Assembly: GCA_902557575.1 (NCBI GenBank)
Contig: CACEAR010000005.1
Coordinates: 17,773-81,772, forward strand
DNA: 64,000 bases
Source: an uncultured SAR86 cluster bacterium
GTDB taxonomy: Bacteria > Pseudomonadota > Gammaproteobacteria > Magnimaribacterales > D2472
Reading direction: 5' to 3'
Shown: piece after piece, positions 46,267-55,602 of the stretch
How the letters are laid out: each line of letters opens with the position of its first letter
Numbering within the stretch: the first letter of the stretch is position 1
The notes under the pieces: generated by a model
The model's database searches: none
Told to the model about the DNA's origin: nothing
Seen by the model: the letters and a program-made list of their open reading frames with translations, nothing else
Translations under genes and position numbers: made by a program

Positions 46267-46930
46267 AATTTTTACAGAAGATTTATCGAAAACTTTTATT
46301 ACAGATGGAATTAAGAATTCTGTATTGCGTGATATTAATTTCTCTATATCTCAGGGAGAAACATGTTCGATAATAGGTGCTTCAGGATGTGGTAAATCTA
46401 CATTCTTACACCTTTTAGCTAAATTAGATGATTATTCGTCAGGAAGGATTTTCTTTAATGAAATAAATTATAGTGATTTAAATTCAGATTCATCAGCAAG
46501 CTTAAGGCTGGAGAATTTTGGTTTTGTATACCAATTTCATCACCTTCTTGAAGATTTTAATGCCTTTGATAATTGTAAAATTGTTCAAGATTTAAATAAT
46601 AATAAAAATAATCCAAATATTGATGAACTCTTAATAAGTGTTGGCTTAAAGGATAAATTTAAATCTTATCCGTACCAACTTTCTGGAGGAGAGAAACAAA
46701 GATTAGCAATTGCAAGGGCTTTATCAAACAATCCAAATTTTTTAATTATGGATGAGCCCACTGGAAATCTTGATAACAAAACATCTCAACTTATTCAGGA
46801 TTTAATAATGAATATTTCAAGAAATAATGAGATAGGGATCATTCTGGCAACTCATGATTTAAATTTTGCTAATATGATGGATACAGTTTATGAAATTTAT
46901 GATGGAGGCTTAAGAAAAGTTAATGAGTGA
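46259..46930 (+). CDS. lolD: Lipoprotein-releasing ABC transporter ATP-binding protein
   Basis: Walker A GASGCGKST, signature LSGGEKQRLAIARAL, Walker B LIMDEPTGNLD. It overlaps the permease gene by 8 nt. Confidence 0.8.
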   Translation: MNKIFTEDLSKTFITDGIKNSVLRDINFSISQGETCSIIGASGCGKSTFLHLLAKLDDYSSGRIFFNEINYSDLNSDSSASLRLENFGFVYQFHHLLEDFNAFDNCKIVQDLNNNKNNPNIDELLISVGLKDKFKSYPYQLSGGEKQRLAIARALSNNPNFLIMDEPTGNLDNKTSQLIQDLIMNISRNNEIGIILATHDLNFANMMDTVYEIYDGGLRKVNE

Positions 46931-47516
46931 TATTTTTATTGCAGGTGGATGGTTTATGTGGCCTCTCTTAGCTTGCTCTATAACTATAATCTCAATATCT
47001 ATTGAAAGATTTTGGATGTTGCAAGAAAGACTTGTTTCTCCATCTGGTCTAGATAAGCAGGTTCTAAATTTAATTGATAGAGACCTTTTGGATGATTACC
47101 AGGAGAGAGCAATATCAGATATTTCATCATTAGGAGATCTTTTAATAACTGTTCATAAATATAAAGAATTATCTAGAGATCTGCTTGAATCTAAATTAGA
47201 GGAAAAATCTATTGAAATTAAATATAAACTTGAGAGAAATCTTTCAATGCTTGGAGTGGTTTCAACTATTTCTCCTCTATTAGGTCTCTTAGGGACAGTT
47301 GTTGGAATGATAACTGTTTTTTCAACTTTCCAATCTTCAGGTGCAGCATCACCTGATTTATTAGCAAGCGGTATTTCTCAAGCGCTCATCACAACCGCAT
47401 TTGGCTTAATGATTGCAGTTCCAGGACTTATTTTACATAGGCACTTTGAGCAAAAAGTTAATAAACTAATGATTTTGTTACAAAGTAAAACCTCATCATT
47501 TATTGATAATTTTTAA
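46923..47516 (+). CDS. MotA/TolQ/ExbB-family proton channel
   Basis: 197 aa with 3 TM segments. GGWFMWPLL N-terminus and LGLLGTVVGMI in TM2/3. Confidence 0.8.
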   Translation: MSDIFIAGGWFMWPLLACSITIISISIERFWMLQERLVSPSGLDKQVLNLIDRDLLDDYQERAISDISSLGDLLITVHKYKELSRDLLESKLEEKSIEIKYKLERNLSMLGVVSTISPLLGLLGTVVGMITVFSTFQSSGAASPDLLASGISQALITTAFGLMIAVPGLILHRHFEQKVNKLMILLQSKTSSFIDNF

Positions 47517-47918
47517 ATGAAATTTGCACTAACATCAAATAAAAATCCAAGTATAGAGATTACTCCACTAATCGATATTGTATTTATTTTAGTTATCTTC
47601 TTTGTTGCAACCTCAAAGATAACAGATTCACAATTTCTTGATTTAGACCTGCCAACTACAGAATCATTTAATGTAGAGACATCTTCGCTATCTAACCAAA
47701 TTTATATCTTTAATGACAATACTGTAATCTTTAATAATAAATCATACGTTGTTAGCAATGATGCTTTAAAAAATGCACTTTTAAATGAATTAATTGTCGA
47801 AGATACAATTATTCTAAGTATAGAAGGCGATGTTACTCATAAAATAACTATAGAGCTTATGGACTTTTTACAAAAAAATTCATTTTCTGATGTTCAAATT
47901 AGGACTTTATCAAAATGA
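47517..47918 (+). CDS. ExbD/TolR-family protein
   Basis: 133 aa. EITPLIDIVFILVIFF carries the conserved TM Asp, followed by a periplasmic domain. Confidence 0.8.
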   Translation: MKFALTSNKNPSIEITPLIDIVFILVIFFVATSKITDSQFLDLDLPTTESFNVETSSLSNQIYIFNDNTVIFNNKSYVVSNDALKNALLNELIVEDTIILSIEGDVTHKITIELMDFLQKNSFSDVQIRTLSK

Positions 47919-50683
47919 AACAAAATTCATTAAAAAGATTATTTTCTTACTCATGGAGATATAAATGGTCTTTCCTAATAAGTATTTTTGGTTTTATTTT
48001 ATTTGCATCAGCTGATATAGCAGCAGTTGAGTGGATTAGGCAAATTATTGGTTTCATTAATGATAACTCAGAAGATAAACAGCAACTTCTTGCTTTATCT
48101 TTAATTGGTATTGCTCTTGCACGAGGATTGGGTTTCTTTATTGGTAATTACTTTATGGCTAGAGTAGGATTTGGAGTTGTTTACCATCTTCGGGATGAAC
48201 TATTTAAAAAGTTACATCAGCTACCAAAAAAATATTTTGATCAAAATCAGTCTGGTCAACTAATTAATAGAATTACATTCACAACAACCCAAGTATCTGG
48301 TGCTGCATCTAATGCTATTAAAACCTTAGTCAGGGAAGGATTTTTATTAATAGGTTTATTCTTTTATATGATTTATCTTAACTGGAAGTTAACGTTACTT
48401 CTTATTGTTACTGCACCTTTAATTGCAATAATTGTTTATTTTGCTGGTAAACGACTAAGAAGACTTGCAAAAAAAATACAAACAGCAATGGGCGATGTTA
48501 CTCATATTGCATCAGAAGCCGTAAATGGCCATGTTGAAATTAAATCATTTGGTGCTGAAGAGTATGAAAATAGCAGATTTGCAGATGCTAACTCTTCAAA
48601 TAAAGTTCAGAATCTAAAACTTGAAGCTACAAATAATCTAGCTACACCAATAATTCAATTTTTAGTTTCTATATCCCTTTCCTTAGTTGCATATTTTGCA
48701 TTAGGTTCTTCCTTGGGAATAACGCTAGATGCGGAAACCTTCGTAGCATTTTTTACAGCAGCAGGCTTGATGGCAAAACCTATAAGACAGTTATCAAGCA
48801 TTAATGGAGTTATACAAAAAGGTTTAGCTGCTGCAAATGAGATATTTGATCAATTAGATTTTGATGACGAAGTTAATACTGGAGATACAACAAAACCTAT
48901 CGAAGGTGTTATAGAGTTTAAGGATGTTTCTTTTGGATATACAGGAGATAAAAATATATTAAATAATATAAATTTAACTGTTAATAAGCATGAAACAATA
49001 GCATTTGTTGGTAAATCGGGATCGGGAAAATCTACATTAGCTAATCTTATTTCTAGATTTTATTCGGATTACACTGGACAGATATTAATAGATGGAATTC
49101 CAAACAATGAGTATGATTTAAGTTTTCTTAGAAAATCCATATCAATTGTTACTCAGTCACCAACTCTATTTAACGACACTATAGAAAGAAATATAGCCTA
49201 TGGTGATGACGAATTTGATACTGAGAGAGTAATGGAGTCTGCCAGATTAGCTGGATGTTTAGATTTTATAGATAAATTACCAGAAGGTATAAATTCAGAA
49301 ATAGGTGATGATGGTGTACTACTGTCAGGCGGTCAAAGACAAAGGCTTGCAATAGCAAGAGCTTTTTATAAAAATTCTCCAATTATTATTCTGGATGAGG
49401 CAACGTCTGCTCTTGACACTGAATCGGAAGAATTAGTGCAAGAGTCACTTGAAAAATTAATATCTGATAGAACTACGATAGTTATAGCTCATAGGTTATC
49501 AACCATTGAAAATGCTGATCAAATAGTAGTACTGGATAATGGTCTTATATCGCAACAAGGAAAACATTTAGATTTACTTGAAGAAGAGGGCATATACGCT
49601 TCACTATATAAAAATGTTCCAATTGAAAGTAAGAAATCATCATCTACATCCCTACAAAAAGTTTCATATTTACAGCCAATTGACGATGTTGAAAATAATT
49701 CCAGTTTTGTAATAAATGCTTGGTATCAAAAACATTTATGGCTATATCTACTCTTGCCATTCTCATGGATTTTTACTTTTCTAACTAATAGACGAAGAAG
49801 AAAATATCTTAAAAATCAAATTTCGTCATTTAAAACAGATACTCCTGTTGTTGTCGTTGGAAATATAAATATCGGTGGAACAGGTAAAACACCTCTAGTT
49901 AAGCATATTGCTTCAAAACTAAAAGAGAGGGGTTTAAAGGTTGGAATTGTCTCAAGAGGCTATGGCGGTAACTTCTCAGGAACACTTAGAGTTGATGATA
50001 ATACAGAATATAAAAAATCAGGTGATGAAGCGCAAATGCTTGTTAATTTAAATGTTCCTTTATATTTAGATAAAAATAGACCAAGAGCAATTCAAAATCT
50101 AATAAATGAAAATGATTGTGACGTAATTTTATCTGATGATGGTCTTCAACATTATAAAATGTATCGTGATATTGAAATTATCGTCATAGATGGATCTAGA
50201 AGACTTGGAAATGGTTTAACATTCCCAGCTGGACCTCTAAGAGAATCATCAAAAAGATTAAAAACAGGAAACTACATTATCAATAATGGCGGACCAACTG
50301 AGGATGGTGAAATTCTAATGACTCTTCAGCCAAGTAAATTTGTGCATTTAAATACAGGTAAATCGTATGATATTGATAAATGGCCTATGCATAATCAGAT
50401 ACATGCGGTTGCTGGTTTAGGCAATCCTGGTAGATTTTTTGATACCTTATCTCAACTAAATTTTGATATCGAAAGACATCCATTTCCTGATCATCATCAA
50501 TTTGAAGAAAGCGATCTTGAATTTCTTGATCATCATCCAATAATAATGACTGAAAAAGATGCAGCTCGTTGTAAGAATTTTGAAAATCCTAGAATCTGGT
50601 ATTTAACTGTCGAGCCAAAAATAGAAGAATCATTTATTAATGATCTAGAATCAAGAATACGATCTTTACCAAGCGATGAATGA
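47915..50683 (+). CDS. msbA-lpxK: Fusion protein: lipid A export ABC transporter MsbA (N-terminal ~575 aa) plus tetraacyldisaccharide 4'-kinase LpxK (C-terminal ~325 aa)
   Basis: One uninterrupted 922-codon frame. MsbA part: 6-TM exporter domain, Walker A GKSGSGKST (49010-49036), LSGGQRQRLAIARA, ILDEATSALD. LpxK part: hydrophobic helix HLWLYLLLPFSWIFTFL, P-loop GNINIGGTGKTP (49859-49894), SRGYGG, ILSDDGLQH. Confidence 0.85.
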   Translation: MKQNSLKRLFSYSWRYKWSFLISIFGFILFASADIAAVEWIRQIIGFINDNSEDKQQLLALSLIGIALARGLGFFIGNYFMARVGFGVVYHLRDELFKKLHQLPKKYFDQNQSGQLINRITFTTTQVSGAASNAIKTLVREGFLLIGLFFYMIYLNWKLTLLLIVTAPLIAIIVYFAGKRLRRLAKKIQTAMGDVTHIASEAVNGHVEIKSFGAEEYENSRFADANSSNKVQNLKLEATNNLATPIIQFLVSISLSLVAYFALGSSLGITLDAETFVAFFTAAGLMAKPIRQLSSINGVIQKGLAAANEIFDQLDFDDEVNTGDTTKPIEGVIEFKDVSFGYTGDKNILNNINLTVNKHETIAFVGKSGSGKSTLANLISRFYSDYTGQILIDGIPNNEYDLSFLRKSISIVTQSPTLFNDTIERNIAYGDDEFDTERVMESARLAGCLDFIDKLPEGINSEIGDDGVLLSGGQRQRLAIARAFYKNSPIIILDEATSALDTESEELVQESLEKLISDRTTIVIAHRLSTIENADQIVVLDNGLISQQGKHLDLLEEEGIYASLYKNVPIESKKSSSTSLQKVSYLQPIDDVENNSSFVINAWYQKHLWLYLLLPFSWIFTFLTNRRRRKYLKNQISSFKTDTPVVVVGNINIGGTGKTPLVKHIASKLKERGLKVGIVSRGYGGNFSGTLRVDDNTEYKKSGDEAQMLVNLNVPLYLDKNRPRAIQNLINENDCDVILSDDGLQHYKMYRDIEIIVIDGSRRLGNGLTFPAGPLRESSKRLKTGNYIINNGGPTEDGEILMTLQPSKFVHLNTGKSYDIDKWPMHNQIHAVAGLGNPGRFFDTLSQLNFDIERHPFPDHHQFEESDLEFLDHHPIIMTEKDAARCKNFENPRIWYLTVEPKIEESFINDLESRIRSLPSDE

Positions 50684-51410
50684 GTTTATCGTAATAATTC
50701 CTTCAAGACTTTCTAGTACAAGACTTAAAGAAAAAGCTCTTCTAGACTTAAATGGAAAGAGTTTGATAGAAAGAGTTTATCTCAGAGCAATTCAAAGCAA
50801 TGCTAAAGAAGTTTTTATAGCAACTGATTCAAAAAAGATTGAGGATCATGTAAAAAACTTTTCACCTAATGTCATCTTAACCTCAAAAGAACATGAGTCT
50901 GGCACTGATAGGGTTCATGAATGTGCGGAAAAATTAGATATTAGTGATGACATGGTCATTGTTAATGTTCAAGGTGATGAGCCATTTATAGATCCAGAAA
51001 CAATAAATAAAACAGCAGATATAATTTTTAAAAATAAAAATGCATCTGTTGGTTCAGCATGTACGTTGTTTAAAGATAATGATTTTAATGATCCCAATAA
51101 TGTAAAAGTTTATTTATCAGACTCAAATAGAGCTATAAATTTTTTACGAAACGTTGATCCAATCGATTTCTCGAAGAATAAAGCAAAGTATTTCCAACAT
51201 GTAGGTATATATTCATACAATTATAAAACTTTAAGTACTTTTGTTTCATTACCCAGATCTAAAAATGAGATTTCTGAAAGCCTTGAGCAATTAAGATTTC
51301 TAGACAATGAACATGAGATCTATTTAGTTGAAATCAAAGAATTAAGTATAGGAATTGATACCGAGACTGATTATATAAAAGCTTTAAAGATTCTTAAAAA
51401 CAATGGCTAA
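50676..51410 (+). CDS. kdsB: 3-deoxy-manno-octulosonate cytidylyltransferase (CMP-Kdo synthetase)
   Basis: IVIIPSRLSSTRLKEKAL, GTDRV and VNVQGDEPF motifs; 244 aa. Confidence 0.9.
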   Translation: MNEFIVIIPSRLSSTRLKEKALLDLNGKSLIERVYLRAIQSNAKEVFIATDSKKIEDHVKNFSPNVILTSKEHESGTDRVHECAEKLDISDDMVIVNVQGDEPFIDPETINKTADIIFKNKNASVGSACTLFKDNDFNDPNNVKVYLSDSNRAINFLRNVDPIDFSKNKAKYFQHVGIYSYNYKTLSTFVSLPRSKNEISESLEQLRFLDNEHEIYLVEIKELSIGIDTETDYIKALKILKNNG

Positions 51411-52386
51411 ATACGAAACAAAGATTAAAAATTCTTTAAATCTTCCTTGTCATACAAATACGCTATATGAAATTGATTCAACTGAAGATCTTCCTAAAAT
51501 TGACTACAACAAATATGATGAATTGTTGATTATAGGAGAATGTACAAATTTAGTTCTTCCTACAAAACTAAATAAAAAAGTAATTAAATCAAAAAATACA
51601 AATATTAATAAAATATCATCAACCTTGTATAGAGTTGGATCTGCTGTAAATTGGAATGATTTTGTATTAAGTGTTATCGAAGATAATAGATTTGGTATTG
51701 AAAACTTAATAGGTATTCCTGGATCTGTAGGTGCAGCACCAGTTCAAAATATAGGGGCATATGGAGTTCAGGTTTCTGATTTTATTAAAAGTATTAATGT
51801 CTATGACTTTAAAGATAAAACTTTTAAAAAACTTCTAAAAGATCAATGTAATTTTGGCTATAGATCTTCAATTTTTCAAACCAAACCATATTTTATTATT
51901 GATATTGATTTTGAATTTAATCATATTGAAAAACTGAATATGGATTATGAGGGTATAAGAAACCTTATTACTGCTCAAGACAAAGATATAACATCTATAA
52001 CCTCAAAAGAACTAGGTTCTATTATCTATGAGCTACGAGATTCAAAGTTGCCTAACCCTAAAGTAGTACCAAATGCTGGAAGCTTTTTTAAAAATCCTAT
52101 AATTAATGAAAAGAATATTTCATACAAGAACTTTAAAAAAGAAGATTTAATAATATGGGATCATGATAAACCAAATGTAAAAGTTGGAGCAGGAAGACTT
52201 ATTGAGCTTATAAAAAGCACTCTAAATCAAGAAGCTATTGATAATTTACATTCAAGTCACGCACTAATAATTACCAACAAAAACAATATTACTTATGATG
52301 ACATAATAAAAATCTCACAAGACATTCAATCAAAAGTCTATAAAGAGTTTAATATTCTCCTAGAGATAGAACCAACGATTATATAA
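51403..52386 (+). CDS. murB: UDP-N-acetylenolpyruvoylglucosamine reductase
   Basis: IPGSVGAAPVQNIGAYGV, FGYRSSIF and PNAGSFFKNP align to E. coli MurB motifs; 327 aa. Confidence 0.85.
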   Translation: MAKYETKIKNSLNLPCHTNTLYEIDSTEDLPKIDYNKYDELLIIGECTNLVLPTKLNKKVIKSKNTNINKISSTLYRVGSAVNWNDFVLSVIEDNRFGIENLIGIPGSVGAAPVQNIGAYGVQVSDFIKSINVYDFKDKTFKKLLKDQCNFGYRSSIFQTKPYFIIDIDFEFNHIEKLNMDYEGIRNLITAQDKDITSITSKELGSIIYELRDSKLPNPKVVPNAGSFFKNPIINEKNISYKNFKKEDLIIWDHDKPNVKVGAGRLIELIKSTLNQEAIDNLHSSHALIITNKNNITYDDIIKISQDIQSKVYKEFNILLEIEPTII

Positions 52387-52388
52387 AA

Positions 52389-52979
52389 ATGATTTATGCA
52401 GCTTTAGCTCATTTATTTGCTGTAATGAGCCCAGGACCAGATACAGCAATAATTATTAGAGAGGTTTCGCTTAATAAAAGAAGGGGGGGATTATTCTGTG
52501 CATTTGGGATTGGGGTTGGGATATTAATTCATTGTTACTTGGCAATATTTGGCATATCAACTCTATTACTTTCAAATGATATTGCGGGTGATCTAATATC
52601 AATGTTTGGGTCTTTTTACTTAATATTTATAGGTATCTCATCATTTAAAAGTGAATCGCAGACATCTGAAAAATCCCATTTAATGTCCAGCAGCTTCATA
52701 AATGGATTTATTACAAACATCTTTAATATAAAAGCTTTTATTTTCTTTATTTCATTATTTTCAATCATTCTTAATGATGACATTTCATCTATTGGAAAGA
52801 TCTTTATCCCCATCTACTTTGCAGTAGCTACTTCATTATGGTTTTCATTCTTAACCATAGTTCTTACACACGATAATATTCAAAAGAGATGGGAGCCAAT
52901 TCAAGAAATTATCAATAAGATTTCAGGATCTATCCTTATTGCTCTTGGATGTTTAATTCTGATAAATATACTTTTCTAG
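52389..52979 (+). CDS. LysE/RhtB family amino-acid exporter
   Basis: 196 aa with about 6 TM segments and the N-terminal motif AVMSPGPD typical of the LysE superfamily. Confidence 0.75.
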   Translation: MIYAALAHLFAVMSPGPDTAIIIREVSLNKRRGGLFCAFGIGVGILIHCYLAIFGISTLLLSNDIAGDLISMFGSFYLIFIGISSFKSESQTSEKSHLMSSSFINGFITNIFNIKAFIFFISLFSIILNDDISSIGKIFIPIYFAVATSLWFSFLTIVLTHDNIQKRWEPIQEIINKISGSILIALGCLILINILF

Positions 52980-53845
52980 AATAACTCCAATAGCATGCAA
53001 CGAACTGAACCACCACCAATTTTTTCAATTGTGGGAATATTTATGTCTACGATATCGTAATATTTTTCGATAAATCTTTTTTGTACTAAATCTAAAGCTT
53101 TAAGACCAGATGAAGATATTAAAAATTTAGCTTCATTATTAATATTTCTTACTGCCAAGGCATTACCTGAAAAATTTTTAACCTGCTCTATAGATAAATA
53201 AAGAATCTTATGAGTTTTTTCAATATTTGATAGTAAGTATTTAGAGTCGGAAATTGAATCAAAACATATTCCAGCAAATTTATTTGTAATAAACATTAGA
53301 ACATTTGTATGGTAAGTAGGTTTTTTATCTATATGGCTTTTAAAATGAACAAGATCATATCCTCTAAGTTGAGACCATTTTGAAGCCAAACTTAAGTTTG
53401 ATCTATTTGATTCAGCCATATATGCGGTTTTGTTAACTCTATCTAAAACCAAAGAACCTGTTCCTTCTAAAAAAATATTTTTTGCTTCATATTCAGTTAA
53501 ATCATTTTTAAGTGAATAGTTCGTATTTAAAAAATTTATGTTTGAGTTTGATCTTTCTATACGTCTATTACGAGATTGCATACTAAATAAGTCATAAGTT
53601 CCATCTTCAAAAGTTACAACCCAATTATTAGGATATATGCTATCAGGTGAATTTTTTGGACTCTTTAGAATATTAAATGAGATTTTATTTTTATCTAATG
53701 TACTTATAAAGTTGTCAAACTCTTCAAAAATCTTTAGCTTATTAAATTGAACTTCATTTTGAAAAACATTTGTATCAAACGTCTCTGTATTAAAATTAAA
53801 ATTTGATGGCTCAACTAGAGCTAATTTATTTGCTGATTGATCCAA
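52976..53845 (-). CDS. Guanidino-group-modifying enzyme superfamily protein (arginine deiminase-related / CtlX-like, COG4874)
   Basis: N-terminal VEPSNFNFNTETFDTNVFQ and C-terminal GGGSVRCMLLELF (catalytic Cys context) are typical of this family; 289 aa. Confidence 0.65.
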   Translation of the reverse strand: MDQSANKLALVEPSNFNFNTETFDTNVFQNEVQFNKLKIFEEFDNFISTLDKNKISFNILKSPKNSPDSIYPNNWVVTFEDGTYDLFSMQSRNRRIERSNSNINFLNTNYSLKNDLTEYEAKNIFLEGTGSLVLDRVNKTAYMAESNRSNLSLASKWSQLRGYDLVHFKSHIDKKPTYHTNVLMFITNKFAGICFDSISDSKYLLSNIEKTHKILYLSIEQVKNFSGNALAVRNINNEAKFLISSSGLKALDLVQKRFIEKYYDIVDINIPTIEKIGGGSVRCMLLELF

Positions 53846-55602
53846 GAATTTATATTTTCCTCAAGAACATAAAGAGGTATGCCTCCATGTCTCAAAACCT
53901 CATGATGGAATTCTTTAATATCAAACTCATCACCTAACTTATTCTCAGAAATAGCTCTAAGTTCCTTTATTTTAAGTTCACCAATTTTGTATGCCAATGC
54001 TTGACCAGGCCAATTAATATACCTATCAATTTCATTTATGACATCCTGTTTTGTTTTTGCTGCATTGTCTAAGAAATATTCAATCGCTTGTTGTCTTGAC
54101 CATCCTTTGTAATGCATACCAGTATCAACAACAAGTCTTACTGCTCGCCACATTTCATATGTTAGCTGACCAAATTTGGAATATGGATCCTTATACATCC
54201 CTAAGTCTTCACCTAAACTTTCAGCATATAAACCCCATCCTTCAACGAACGCAGTATAGCCCCCATATTTTCTAAAGTTTGGTAAATCTAATTCCATCGT
54301 ATAAGCAATTTGTAAATGATGACCGGGCATTGCCTCATGAAGTGATAGTGCTTCTATTTCATATTTAGGTCTAACCTCAGGCATATATAGGTTTACATAG
54401 TAATATCCAGCTCTTGAACCATCAGCAGCAGGTCTTTGATAGTAGGCTGTTGTAGTATCAGGAGCACTCTCCATTGGTATAGGTTTTAATCCATATGGCA
54501 TAGAAGGTAAGTCTTTAAATAATTTAACCAACAAAGGATCTATTCTTTTAGATGTAGCAAGATATTCTGTAAATAACTCTTCACCTGTTTCAAAGTAAAA
54601 TTGGCTATCTGTCCTTAAAAAGTCTAAGAATTCATCAAAACTTCCATTCCATTGAACTTGATCCATAATCTTAAACATTTCATTCTTTATCCTAGATACT
54701 TCACTTAATCCAATATTATGTATTTCATCTGGGGTGAGCTCGGTAGTTGTAAATTGCCTAGCGATGAGTTCATAGTATTGCGAGCCATTTTTAATATCGC
54801 TAATCCCTATTGTGTCTCTACAATTAGGATAATAAGAATTTTCAAAGAAATTTAATAACTTTACATAAGAGGGTATTACAACATTGGTTATGGTAATTTG
54901 CGCTTGCTCTCTTATTTGTTCTTGTTCTTGGTTTGATATTTCACCTGGTAAAAACTCAAATGCATCATAGAAAGGACTATTTATATAAGAATCGACATTT
55001 TGTAATTTTATTTGATTTAAGACTCTACTCATTAAAACCTTTGGGGGCATGACTTGATTTTCAATACCTTGGTTTGCTAGAGCAATATATTGATCAATTA
55101 CATCATCAAGTTTTTCTAGACGAGAAATCCAATCCATATATTGCTGAAAATTACGAAGAGGTAATGTCTCAGCTGTTTCATGTTGAAGTTGAATACCGCC
55201 TCTATGACTAAAAGGTAGTAAATGTATTTGATATTGATGTTTTTCTGCAGAGTTTTTATAACCATCTAAGAACAATCGATAATTTAGTTTATTTTCATCT
55301 GAAAAATTATCAACACTCATCATTTCAAGTTCTCGAATAACTTTTAATGTGTGCTCATGATCTTTATTTATCTTCTCAACTGAATAATCAGGCCATAATG
55401 TATTGAAGCGCAAATCTCCCATATAGGATGCATAGATGGGATTATCTTCTATTGATTTTGCAAATTCTTTATCTAGAAGTTCTAAAAATTTCTGCTCATC
55501 ATTAGTTTTAGAAAAGAAATTTGGTATAAGAGATAGATTAAAAGCAACAACTAAACCTAGCGATAGTAATCCTGTATAGAGAATATATCTAAGCTTAAAC
55601 AT
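53821..55602 (-). CDS. DUF885 family exported protein (metallopeptidase-like fold)
   Basis: Signal/TM N-terminus, HEAMPGHHLQ motif, FVEGWGLYAE, and length (593 aa) are characteristic of DUF885. Confidence 0.8.
   Translation of the reverse strand: MFKLRYILYTGLLSLGLVVAFNLSLIPNFFSKTNDEQKFLELLDKEFAKSIEDNPIYASYMGDLRFNTLWPDYSVEKINKDHEHTLKVIRELEMMSVDNFSDENKLNYRLFLDGYKNSAEKHQYQIHLLPFSHRGGIQLQHETAETLPLRNFQQYMDWISRLEKLDDVIDQYIALANQGIENQVMPPKVLMSRVLNQIKLQNVDSYINSPFYDAFEFLPGEISNQEQEQIREQAQITITNVVIPSYVKLLNFFENSYYPNCRDTIGISDIKNGSQYYELIARQFTTTELTPDEIHNIGLSEVSRIKNEMFKIMDQVQWNGSFDEFLDFLRTDSQFYFETGEELFTEYLATSKRIDPLLVKLFKDLPSMPYGLKPIPMESAPDTTTAYYQRPAADGSRAGYYYVNLYMPEVRPKYEIEALSLHEAMPGHHLQIAYTMELDLPNFRKYGGYTAFVEGWGLYAESLGEDLGMYKDPYSKFGQLTYEMWRAVRLVVDTGMHYKGWSRQQAIEYFLDNAAKTKQDVINEIDRYINWPGQALAYKIGELKIKELRAISENKLGDEFDIKEFHHEVLRHGGIPLYVLEENINSWINQQIN

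Noticed and set aside
49600-49720. MsbA-LpxK junction as two genes with an unrecognised start
   Set aside because: The frame has no stop and no ATG, GTG or TTG preceded by an SD in the linker. It was therefore kept as a fusion call. An assembly indel can only be excluded with read data.
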